Assembly: GCA_045600905.1 (NCBI GenBank)
Contig: JAZRYT010000189.1
Span: 33,748 to 97,747 of the forward strand
DNA from: Bacteroidales bacterium
Lineage (GTDB): Bacteria; Bacteroidota; Bacteroidia; Bacteroidales; WCHB1-69
Direction: 5' to 3'
Length of the DNA stretch: 64,000 bases
Part shown: piece by piece, positions 36,917-45,585 of the stretch
How positions within the stretch are numbered: the stretch's first letter is position 1
How the letters are laid out: the number at the start of each line of letters is the position of its first letter
Notes under the pieces: generated by a model
The model's input: only the letters and a program-made list of their open reading frames with translations
Database searches by the model: none
What the model was told of the DNA's origin: nothing
Program-made: the position numbers and the translations under genes

Positions 36917-38557
36917 TCATTTCTTTCCCACATACGTTCTGCCATCGGACAACCGGCGAACGCGCTCCACATTATATTGCGCGTTGAACATACTGCGTGC
37001 AGGCTGAAATATGGGCGACGACACATTGGACAAATCTATGAAAGTATGAAACAAATCATCGATCATATAGGGTTGATGCAGCAATTTTCTAAGGGAATCC
37101 GCGCGTTGCAAATCCCTGGCATTATACGGATTTGTCCATAAGACAAAGGGGATTTCAGCTATGGAATACGGAATAGTATCCGCCACGTCGTGTCCGGCAT
37201 TTTGACCGTCGTCATACACATTTTCGCCATGGTCGGAAATGTACAGTGCGGAGACTCTTGTCTGCGGATGCTTTTTCGCATACGCATCCAGAATGTCCAA
37301 CATCGCATTCACGATATAATCACTGTAAAGCACCGAGTTGTCGTACGCATCAATCGTGCGCTGGCGTTTGTCCTTGCCCTCCTTAAAGACATTGAAATTT
37401 GACGGATAGCGCTTGTCATATTGGGAATGGCTGCCCATCAGATGCAGCACAATCCATTTCTTTGGAGCATTGTCATCCTCCAAGACCTTTTGCAACGGGG
37501 CAAGCAACATATCGTCATACGAGGCAATCTGCGTGCTCTCAAAAGAGGAATTGCCGCCTAAGTTCACGTATCGCACCACATCCGAGAGGTTGGCGATGCT
37601 GGCCACGGCATTGTCCCACACACCTATCGGAGACTGGTTGGAGATCCAAAACGTCTTGAATCCGGCAGATGCCAGAACCTCCTGCAGCAGCACACATTGC
37701 TCTATCGGGCGTTCCTCGTCCATATTGCTTTCCGACAACAGATGCAGAACGGAAGCCATCGTATAGGAATACGGCGACACCACATTGTCGAAGACCAAAA
37801 TATCCTTGCGTTTTGAAAGCTCCGGTGATGTATTGCGTGCATAACCGTAAAGCAACATATGGTTGCGATTGCAGGATTCTCCCAAAATCAGGATAGTCAC
37901 CTGCGATTCCTCAGAAGTTGCCGCGGTCACCTCTTTCAATTCTCTTTTTTGCAGCAATTTGTAAGAGCTGCTTCCCTGCGCAAATGAAATCACCGCCTTG
38001 GCGGTTGGCGGCACCGTCATACGCAGAAAACGCTTATTCACAGCGGCTTCTGTCAAAAACAGAAGACAGGCGACGGTTAAAGCGCCGACAATCATTTTCA
38101 TCCATTTGGACCTCAACGAAAAATTCGGGACCCGCTTCATCGCGACAACAAACAAGACAACATTCGGAATGAGCAGCAGCCAGCGGGGCGACTGCTTCAA
38201 GGACATAAATTCAGTGGCTTCCTGCGCGTTGGTATTGAAGAATACGAACAGTGAGGACGCACTAATCGGGCATTTGAGGACAAGCCAGTGCGCCAGGTTC
38301 ACAAAGCCTTCTACAAAGAGCGACACAACCGCGGCACGGTACAGCCATTGTTTTCGACACAGCATAGCCGGCAACGTGAGCAGGAACACCCAAACCGAAA
38401 GGACCAACAGCAGATGCGCATCCCAAATCGGCGGATTCACGAGCAGTGTCACAAGCGGGACATAGGACACCATCGCCCAAAGCCACAGATAGGGGCGCCA
38501 TTGTCCAACGCTTTGCACGGTGTCAACATTATTCAATATTTCCGACGGATTGTTCAA
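36917..38557 (-). CDS. phosphoethanolamine transferase (EptA/sulfatase family)
   Basis: N-terminal TM helices plus ILGESCNRNHMLLYGY, HLMGSHSQYDKRYP and YDNSVLYSDY. The start is either TTG 38557, which lies inside the repeat array, or ATG 38473. Confidence 0.75.
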   Translation of the reverse strand: MNNPSEILNNVDTVQSVGQWRPYLWLWAMVSYVPLVTLLVNPPIWDAHLLLVLSVWVFLLTLPAMLCRKQWLYRAAVVSLFVEGFVNLAHWLVLKCPISASSLFVFFNTNAQEATEFMSLKQSPRWLLLIPNVVLFVVAMKRVPNFSLRSKWMKMIVGALTVACLLFLTEAAVNKRFLRMTVPPTAKAVISFAQGSSSYKLLQKRELKEVTAATSEESQVTILILGESCNRNHMLLYGYARNTSPELSKRKDILVFDNVVSPYSYTMASVLHLLSESNMDEERPIEQCVLLQEVLASAGFKTFWISNQSPIGVWDNAVASIANLSDVVRYVNLGGNSSFESTQIASYDDMLLAPLQKVLEDDNAPKKWIVLHLMGSHSQYDKRYPSNFNVFKEGKDKRQRTIDAYDNSVLYSDYIVNAMLDILDAYAKKHPQTRVSALYISDHGENVYDDGQNAGHDVADTIPYSIAEIPFVLWTNPYNARDLQRADSLRKLLHQPYMIDDLFHTFIDLSNVSSPIFQPARSMFNAQYNVERVRRLSDGRTYVGKK

Positions 38558-38582
38558 GGTTTAAGGTTTAAAGTTCAAGGTT
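38555..38582. repeat. heptamer array CAAGGTT TAAGGTT TAAAGTT CAAGGTT
   Basis: Read directly. It overlaps the candidate TTG start of the eptA-like gene. The last unit plus one base reads TAACCTTG on the coding strand, which is -7-box-like. Confidence 0.9.
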
Positions 38583-38629
38583 ATATTTTGTGCGGGTAGA
38601 TTGTTATTTGGGAAAGCACAAGAATCATA

Positions 38630-41581
38630 TCAACATTTTTTATCAGCTAATTTCTGATACAATTTCATCAATTCCGTCACACATTCTGTTTCTGTCAAAT
38701 TTGTAATAAATCCGTATGCAGCCATCACAGCCTTATCGTTCTCTTTATGTGCCTTTCGAAGGAGAGGAGGCATTGTATTATCATCATATAGATCTGCCAT
38801 CGAGCAATCTGGGAATAATAATCTGGCATCCAAAATTGCTTTGGCTGTTGTTTCTATTTTGATTTTCTGTTTATATGTTGGTTGAGGCCAGGGGAAATTA
38901 TTATAAACGATTTCCTTACTATAACGATAATCAGATTTCAAGCGACCGCAGACTTTGCGCATCCAAGCTTGGTGAACGAAGGAAGTCAACACCCCGAAAT
39001 GGAACAAAGACGCATTCGGTATTATTTGAACGGCATCTGAAGCAATCGTATCACCTTCAATAAAGTCAATAGGTATGTAGTAACGTCGTTCTGAGGATGT
39101 ACGTGGTATGACCAAATAGGGGACGTTATCGGGTTGAGTGATTTGAGCAAACAAATGTGGAACTTTGGCATAGCCGTTTGTCGTTTTAGCTTGGGATTTT
39201 TCTCTAAACCTCCTCACTGCTTGGACGCGTTCGTAAAGTACTTTGTTCTGTTTGATAATGGCTGGCGAGGCGTCTTTAAGCCACAGACAATAACGTTTTT
39301 TACCGTTAATAAATTCATCCGCACCCATATAAGGTCGTATCCACATTTTTAAAGTTGCATCTTTCAACAACAATTCATTTTTTTCCAGCTCAGTCAGGAT
39401 GAGGAAACCGCCATCACGAGGTTGATTGCCGAAATTCATTTTAGGAGCATCACAAAGGACATCTTTTCGAGCCTCAACAAGAACATTCGGACCTGGAAGA
39501 AGATACGGGTTGATATTGTCAACTGACTTTTGTGAAGTACCATCTGCTCCATAAAGTGTTCTTTTGTTTTTACATCCTCGATAAGAGAATCCTACGATTA
39601 CGCAATAAACAGAGGCTTTTTCAGAAGACTCACTATTCCATTTGAATGTTGGATGGGCAAAGTCAATCGTAATATCATAAGTATTCAACAACTCATTCCA
39701 CAATATTGGCACTTGCGCGCCTTGGCAAATAGAATTAGTTGAAACGAAACCCACCTGCGTATCCGTACCTTTAATCAGTTGGGCAGCTTTTTTATACCAC
39801 CCACACACATAGTCCAAATCCTGCACGTCTTTGATTTTGCCGAACAAGTCCTCTATATCTCTCTTTTGTTCACTTCCCTGTGCCATCATTCTTGCCCCTA
39901 CAAAAGGAGGATTCCCCATAATGTAATTGAAATTGACTTTGTGAGGTTTTGTTTGCTGAGCATTCACCAATATCTCTTTTGTACGCAAGTTGATCTCACC
40001 ATATTTGATAATATCCTCATTAGCGATAGGGCTTTGTTCCTGTGGCAAAACATACAGATTTGTTTTATCTGCCACAATGGTTGGGACATCTGCAGACAAA
40101 TCCCAATACTCCCAATTCTCGCGCAGAGCATTACCCTTCTTTATATTTTTATACGTCTTCAGCGGAAGCACATCCAAGTCTCTATCTATGATTTTAGAAG
40201 TCTCTGACATCATTTGACTCTCGGCTATCCACAATGCGGTTGTAGCCACATCCACGGCAAAGTCATTGATTTCAATTCCGTAAAATTGATGAATATCAAC
40301 CTTAATAGGATTTACCTCTTCAAAGCCAATTAAGGTTTGACCTTTTGTAAGTTCAACAATTGCTTGATTTTCCAAGCGACGCAAAGACAAATATGTTTCC
40401 GTCAAAAAATTACCTGATCCACAGGCCGGGTCAAGGAATGTCAGTGAGGCAATTTTATCTTGGAAAAGTTTTAATGACGACATTCTTTCTTTTTCCACCG
40501 TGATATTTCGAATGTCGGAAAACTCATGTTTCAAATCATCTAAAAACAGGGGGTCTATAACCTTGTGGATATTTTCAATGCTTGTATAATGCATTCCACC
40601 CTTTCGACGTGTTTTAGGATTCAGTGTGCTTTCAAAGACAGCACCGAAAATAGTAGGAGAAATCTCGCTCCAATCAAAATCCAGACTCGCATTTTTCAAT
40701 AACAAGGAAGCAATTTTCTCATTAAAATACGGTATCTCAATATTCTTTTCTGAAAACAATCCTCCGTTGCAATACGGGAATGCTTTCAAATCTACCGGCA
40801 AATAAGGATCTCTTTGTGGTATCGGCGTATTCAGAACCTCAAACAAATCCTTCAATGCCCTCCTCATATCACCCTCTCCCGCTTTAAATTTGGACAGATA
40901 ATCATAGAACATACTTTTACCACCAAACACTCCCGCATCTTCCGCATACAAACAGAACACAATCCGTACGCACAAAATATTCAGACTCCTCAATGTTTCT
41001 GCTGAAGTGGGATTCAAGTATTGTTTCAAAAGTTCATCATAAATTTCTCCAATAATTTCCCCAGCCTTCATCGAAATCTCCATCTCGCGCCGAATATGCT
41101 CACTTTGCTCTTCAACTAAAAAAGACAAGCGATAATATTCTTTTGCTAAATCTTCCAACAAGATTTCTTCCGGTTCCTTATTGGGTTGTTCCATATCATA
41201 AATCAGGAAGGATTTAAAATTACTGGTGACAATCCAACGTGGGCGTTCACTATAAGGCAAATCGGCTGAATACCTTTTAGCCTGTTGAAATGGAGTGAGG
41301 AAACTGCCGCCACTTTGCTTAATTGGAGAATACAGACTCTTATCCTTGCTTTTCTGCTCAATTAAAACGTGCGTTTTATGAATATATCCATCCATAAAGC
41401 TAGTATGATCCAACTTTACCTGACTTTCGAATTCAATAACCTGCTCTGGTTTCTCAACGCCAAACACATCTCGCAGAAGCCCCAACCAAAAAGGTTGGCA
41501 CTCCCCTTTTTCGTATCCTTTGTCCTTCCAATACGAAACGAACGATTTTGCTGCTTTTTCCTGCTGTACTTTTGTTATCAT
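38630..41581 (-). CDS. type IIL restriction-modification enzyme, MmeI family (fused endonuclease / N6-adenine methyltransferase / specificity domain)
   Basis: The N-terminal nuclease motif D-x10-E-Q-K (FMDGYIHKTHVLIEQKSKD) sits in the FW..LL..VFG...FE..VK context of MmeI. SAM motif LDPACGSGNFL, catalytic NPPF, and a C-terminal LYDDNTMPPLLRKAH tail. 983 aa, AT-rich. Confidence 0.8.
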   Translation of the reverse strand: MITKVQQEKAAKSFVSYWKDKGYEKGECQPFWLGLLRDVFGVEKPEQVIEFESQVKLDHTSFMDGYIHKTHVLIEQKSKDKSLYSPIKQSGGSFLTPFQQAKRYSADLPYSERPRWIVTSNFKSFLIYDMEQPNKEPEEILLEDLAKEYYRLSFLVEEQSEHIRREMEISMKAGEIIGEIYDELLKQYLNPTSAETLRSLNILCVRIVFCLYAEDAGVFGGKSMFYDYLSKFKAGEGDMRRALKDLFEVLNTPIPQRDPYLPVDLKAFPYCNGGLFSEKNIEIPYFNEKIASLLLKNASLDFDWSEISPTIFGAVFESTLNPKTRRKGGMHYTSIENIHKVIDPLFLDDLKHEFSDIRNITVEKERMSSLKLFQDKIASLTFLDPACGSGNFLTETYLSLRRLENQAIVELTKGQTLIGFEEVNPIKVDIHQFYGIEINDFAVDVATTALWIAESQMMSETSKIIDRDLDVLPLKTYKNIKKGNALRENWEYWDLSADVPTIVADKTNLYVLPQEQSPIANEDIIKYGEINLRTKEILVNAQQTKPHKVNFNYIMGNPPFVGARMMAQGSEQKRDIEDLFGKIKDVQDLDYVCGWYKKAAQLIKGTDTQVGFVSTNSICQGAQVPILWNELLNTYDITIDFAHPTFKWNSESSEKASVYCVIVGFSYRGCKNKRTLYGADGTSQKSVDNINPYLLPGPNVLVEARKDVLCDAPKMNFGNQPRDGGFLILTELEKNELLLKDATLKMWIRPYMGADEFINGKKRYCLWLKDASPAIIKQNKVLYERVQAVRRFREKSQAKTTNGYAKVPHLFAQITQPDNVPYLVIPRTSSERRYYIPIDFIEGDTIASDAVQIIPNASLFHFGVLTSFVHQAWMRKVCGRLKSDYRYSKEIVYNNFPWPQPTYKQKIKIETTAKAILDARLLFPDCSMADLYDDNTMPPLLRKAHKENDKAVMAAYGFITNLTETECVTELMKLYQKLADKKC

Positions 41582-41600
41582 CGATTAAAAATTTCGGGCG

Positions 41601-41608
41601 CAAAAATA
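41601..41608 (-). promoter_or_regulatory. -7 box TATTTTTG (MmeI-like gene)
   Basis: The reverse complement of CAAAAATA matches TAnnTTTG, 20 nt upstream of ATG 41581. Confidence 0.5.
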
Positions 41609-41625
41609 CGAAAAATATATAAAAA

Positions 41626-43275
41626 TTAAGAATTTGTCTTCTTAATTTTTACTCTCTTCAGGTTCAGCATATTGACGGGATTTGTGCCCAATCCGGAAAC
41701 CTTGGCGCGGGTGAAACGAACCACTTTATCATAATACAGAACCACCACGGGAGCATCTGACACCAACATAGAATCCATTTGGATATAATACTCCGTGCGT
41801 TTGTCCTCATCGTAACTGCGCTGCGAAGCCTCGTATAATCTGTCAAAAGCGGGATTCACATAATACGTGTAATTCGAGCCGACAGGTTGTAGGTTTTTGG
41901 AATAAAAAAGAGCCATATAGTTTTCGGCATCTGGATAGTCGCAAATCCAGGAGCCTCTGAAAAACGGCAGCTGGTAGTTGCGCATCATCTGGCGCTGCTG
42001 CGCACCCTGAACCACGTCCAACTTCAATTCGATGCCGATGTTGGCCAATTCGTGTTGAATATACTGGCAGAGGTCGGCGTATGACGCGGATACGGAAAGC
42101 GAGATGGGCGGCAGCCCCTTACCATTGGGGTAACCTGCCTCCGCCAGCAGTTGCAACGCCTTTTGCGGATTGTAACTGTAACCGCCGGTGCGTTCCGGGC
42201 AGTACGACGGCATTCCTTTCGGCACAAAACCGGCCTCACCCGCATAGCCGACGTTATTGCGCAGATACTTCATCATCTTCTCCCTGTCAAATCCATAGTT
42301 TATGGCTTGGCGAACGCGCTTGTCCAAAATCGGATTGTCCTTGTCGCCCGGTTTGAGCATAAAGCCAAGGTACTCCGTATTCAAATAGGGTCCCGTCAGC
42401 AGCTTAATTTGATTCTTATATTCAGGATTCAACTTTCCGTCTTTCGTTAGCAGCGCGTCCTTATAGCAAGCCTCCACGCCAGACATAAAGTCCAACGTCC
42501 CCTTCATAAATTCCATAAAAACAGACTGTTTGTCTATAATGAAGGAAACGGCGACGGCATCCAGATAAGGCAGTCTTTGTCCATTTTCATCTTTTTCAAA
42601 ATAGTCAGGATTTTTACGGAGCACCAGTTTCACGCCCTCCTGCCAAAGTTGGAATTGGAAGGGGCCCGTGCCGACCGGGTGGTTTCTAAAGTCCTTGCCG
42701 TAATGTGCCACCACTTCTTTGGGTACGACGGAACAATATTTCATTGTCAGAATGCCGAGGAAAGGAGGAAACGCCTCTGTAAGTTCAATCTGGAAGGTCG
42801 TATCGTTCAAGGCCGTAAAAGCCGGTTTCCCCTGTTTGTCACGTTTTACCTTTTGGAAAATCCAGGCTCCGGGAGAGGCCACATCCGGATCCAAAATGCG
42901 CGAAAAGCTATAGACAAAATCCTGTGCCGTAACGTACCGTTTTTCCTTAAATGGGAAAGATTCCGTATTGTGAAACGTCACGTCATCGTGCAAAGTGAAC
43001 GTATAGACACGGCCGTCATCAGAAATCGTCCAACTTTTGGCTATAGCCGGCACGATATTCAGGGAATCGTCCAAATCGACCAATCCGTTAAACAACTGGT
43101 TGCAGGGCCAAATCACAGCCTGGCCCGAAGCATACGCGGGGTCAAGGGTTTGAATTCCGCTGGATTCGTTGTAATGGAAAATCATCTTGTCGCTGTTATC
43201 CACTTTGGTTTTACAGGCGGCAAGCAGGCAAACGAGCAGCGCGAATGTTAAGAAGTGACGAAAATCTATAGCCAT
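41626..43275 (-). CDS. ABC transporter substrate-binding lipoprotein, family 5 (peptide/nickel type)
   Basis: Lipoprotein signal FALLVCLLAAC after ATG 43275, which is preferred over the track's 48-aa extension. The SBP_bac_5-like length and motifs were read by eye. Confidence 0.7.
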   Translation of the reverse strand: MAIDFRHFLTFALLVCLLAACKTKVDNSDKMIFHYNESSGIQTLDPAYASGQAVIWPCNQLFNGLVDLDDSLNIVPAIAKSWTISDDGRVYTFTLHDDVTFHNTESFPFKEKRYVTAQDFVYSFSRILDPDVASPGAWIFQKVKRDKQGKPAFTALNDTTFQIELTEAFPPFLGILTMKYCSVVPKEVVAHYGKDFRNHPVGTGPFQFQLWQEGVKLVLRKNPDYFEKDENGQRLPYLDAVAVSFIIDKQSVFMEFMKGTLDFMSGVEACYKDALLTKDGKLNPEYKNQIKLLTGPYLNTEYLGFMLKPGDKDNPILDKRVRQAINYGFDREKMMKYLRNNVGYAGEAGFVPKGMPSYCPERTGGYSYNPQKALQLLAEAGYPNGKGLPPISLSVSASYADLCQYIQHELANIGIELKLDVVQGAQQRQMMRNYQLPFFRGSWICDYPDAENYMALFYSKNLQPVGSNYTYYVNPAFDRLYEASQRSYDEDKRTEYYIQMDSMLVSDAPVVVLYYDKVVRFTRAKVSGLGTNPVNMLNLKRVKIKKTNS

Positions 43276-43321
43276 AGGCAGGAAGAAAGTTTCTACATAC
43301 GGGCACTTATCTTTCAGCATA

Positions 43322-44284
43322 TTAAGAGAGTGCCTGATTAACACGTTTAGAGGATTCGAGCAATTTGTTGTATTCTTCAGGTGTAATTTCCGCATTGAAA
43401 TAATAGACTGGATTGACACGTTGTCCGCCTTTGATCACTTCGTAATGGAGGTGAGAGCCGGTGGACATACCGGTGGAGCCGACGTAGCCAATCACCTGAC
43501 CGCGTTTCACTTTCTGGCCGGGTTTCACCGTTTTTTTGGAAAGGTGGGCGTACAGTGTCTTATAGGAATAGCCGTGGTTGATTACGATTACGAGGCCGTA
43601 GCCGCCGCCTGGTGATTCGCTCGTCACCGTGCCGTCGGCAGTGGCGAATACCGGTGTTCCTTTCGGAGCGGCGATATCCACGCCGGTATGGACGCGCAAA
43701 CGTTTCAAGATCGGATGATAACGGCGGCCGAAACCGGACGTGATGGAATACATATTCTTCAACGGGCGGATAGCCGGAATGCAGGTCAGCATTTCCGCCT
43801 TATTGCCGGATATCATTTCCAATTCTTTCAAGGATTTGGCCTGAGTTGCCAAACGGACAGTCAGTTTGTCGGCCTTCTTGTTAGCTTCTTTCAAAAGCGT
43901 GTATGCCTCCGAACGCGATATGCTGTCGAAACGCGGATTGTCCAAAATCAGCGGATAGCGTTCCGACGCAGGCACGGGGTCCGCCTCCAACACCGTTCTA
44001 TAGACATTGTCATCTCTGTCCTCTATATCTAACAAGACGTCTGACATTTTATCTATCCGCGAACTCAAATAATCGACTTCTCCTTTCAGCTCGTTATTCT
44101 CCTTTTCCAATATCTTCACTTTGGGAGAATCGACAAAGTAGAATGCCACCCACACAAAAATCAATGCCAAAGCAAAGCCACTGGCAAAAGCCCAAATCAC
44201 GCGCTTGAAGACTTGCTTGAAACCAAGCTTCACCTTCTCGTACGAGAGTGTTTCCGGATTAAAATGATAAAATGACTTCGGCAT
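43322..44284 (-). CDS. M23 family metallopeptidase (peptidoglycan endopeptidase)
   Basis: N-terminal TM helix and coiled coil, followed by HTGVDIAAPKGTPV...GSHLHYEV. Confidence 0.85.
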   Translation of the reverse strand: MPKSFYHFNPETLSYEKVKLGFKQVFKRVIWAFASGFALALIFVWVAFYFVDSPKVKILEKENNELKGEVDYLSSRIDKMSDVLLDIEDRDDNVYRTVLEADPVPASERYPLILDNPRFDSISRSEAYTLLKEANKKADKLTVRLATQAKSLKELEMISGNKAEMLTCIPAIRPLKNMYSITSGFGRRYHPILKRLRVHTGVDIAAPKGTPVFATADGTVTSESPGGGYGLVIVINHGYSYKTLYAHLSKKTVKPGQKVKRGQVIGYVGSTGMSTGSHLHYEVIKGGQRVNPVYYFNAEITPEEYNKLLESSKRVNQALS

Positions 44285-44320
44285 TGTTTTCTACATTACT
44301 TATAATATGGCACAGCACCA

Positions 44321-45574
44321 TTATTTGCACCCGATGCAAATTCTGTCTCCAACGCTATAACTGCTGATTGCACCGCTGTTCCGCTTGATGATTATTTTCA
44401 ATTGAATACCATATTTCTGAGCAATATACCTATAGGTGTCTCCTATTTCCAACGTATGGTATTCGACCGCTGATTTTGTACTTTTCATTTCCACGTACAC
44501 CACCTCGTCCTCAATCGGTTCGGAATCATCATATACATCATTATAAAGGCGAAGATTCTTTTCTGAGAGCTGCAATGCGGCCGCCAGGCTTTTGTATGTA
44601 TCACCAGCCTTGGCAATGATGAATTTCGTCTTATTGTTCTCGTATGTCGGACGAGAAGTATATGGATAATAGGCTGCCTTAAATGGGACGGAATAAGGAT
44701 TCAGCACAAAGATATTTTTACCCTGCACCTTTTCCGGGCTGGGAATGGTGGCAACTATGGTATCGTATTTCACCTCTTTAGGCTTATCGGATTTCATCAC
44801 TACCACGTCAATTCCATTGACATTCATTGTGTCAGCTTTACTCTTTTGCACTGACGTTGCAGGTTGTTCGGTCGTTGTTGGAGCAGCTTGTGTTTTAGGC
44901 GCAGGCGTCGTCTCAGGAACAGGCGCAGGTCGAGTTTGTGGAGCATTTTCCGCTTTCGGGCGGACCATATTGTCCAATGGGTTTTCATCAATACGTTGAG
45001 GCTGAGGCTTGGACATCGCATTCAAAGCCGTCGTATCACCCATTTTCTGGGCAACCTTTCTATCATAGTGCATCAAATAGTATTTCTCAATGATAGAAAT
45101 CAGGGTGTCCGCATAACGCGGATTGCCGGAATAGCCGGCTTCTTTCAAACCGTTAGCCCAGGATTTGTAATCCGTTATCGGGAAATAGAACAACTTCACG
45201 TAGCGGCTGCGCTGCGACAAGAACAATGAATGGTCCCTATAGGATTCTTGTACTGTAGCATATTTGCGGAAGCAGTAATCGCTGCTGTGGTTGTCGGTTT
45301 CATAGAAAGTCTCGCCCGTCCATTCGCTGGTATGGCACATAATGCCGAAATGGTTGTTGGCCTCTTTAGCCACACGGTTGGTACCTATTTTTGAAGCATA
45401 TATGGCCTGAGCCAAGGTGATGCTGGCCGGAACTTTGTAAAGTTCCATCTCCTGCATTGCCATATCCTTATAAGCATCGATATAGTCGTAAATCTGATCC
45501 TCGAGGGAATAGTTTTGGGCTTGCGCCACAGCGAATCCCAACAAAATTGAAGTAATAAAGAATATCTTTTTCAT
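44321..45574 (-). CDS. glucosaminidase-domain protein with two LysM repeats
   Basis: Signal peptide. N-terminal mannosyl-glycoprotein endo-beta-N-acetylglucosaminidase block (IPASITLAQAIYAS...NNHFGI...), a Pro/Thr linker and two C-terminal LysM-like repeats. Confidence 0.75.
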   Translation of the reverse strand: MKKIFFITSILLGFAVAQAQNYSLEDQIYDYIDAYKDMAMQEMELYKVPASITLAQAIYASKIGTNRVAKEANNHFGIMCHTSEWTGETFYETDNHSSDYCFRKYATVQESYRDHSLFLSQRSRYVKLFYFPITDYKSWANGLKEAGYSGNPRYADTLISIIEKYYLMHYDRKVAQKMGDTTALNAMSKPQPQRIDENPLDNMVRPKAENAPQTRPAPVPETTPAPKTQAAPTTTEQPATSVQKSKADTMNVNGIDVVVMKSDKPKEVKYDTIVATIPSPEKVQGKNIFVLNPYSVPFKAAYYPYTSRPTYENNKTKFIIAKAGDTYKSLAAALQLSEKNLRLYNDVYDDSEPIEDEVVYVEMKSTKSAVEYHTLEIGDTYRYIAQKYGIQLKIIIKRNSGAISSYSVGDRICIGCK

Positions 45575-45585
45575 AGCTTGATTTT

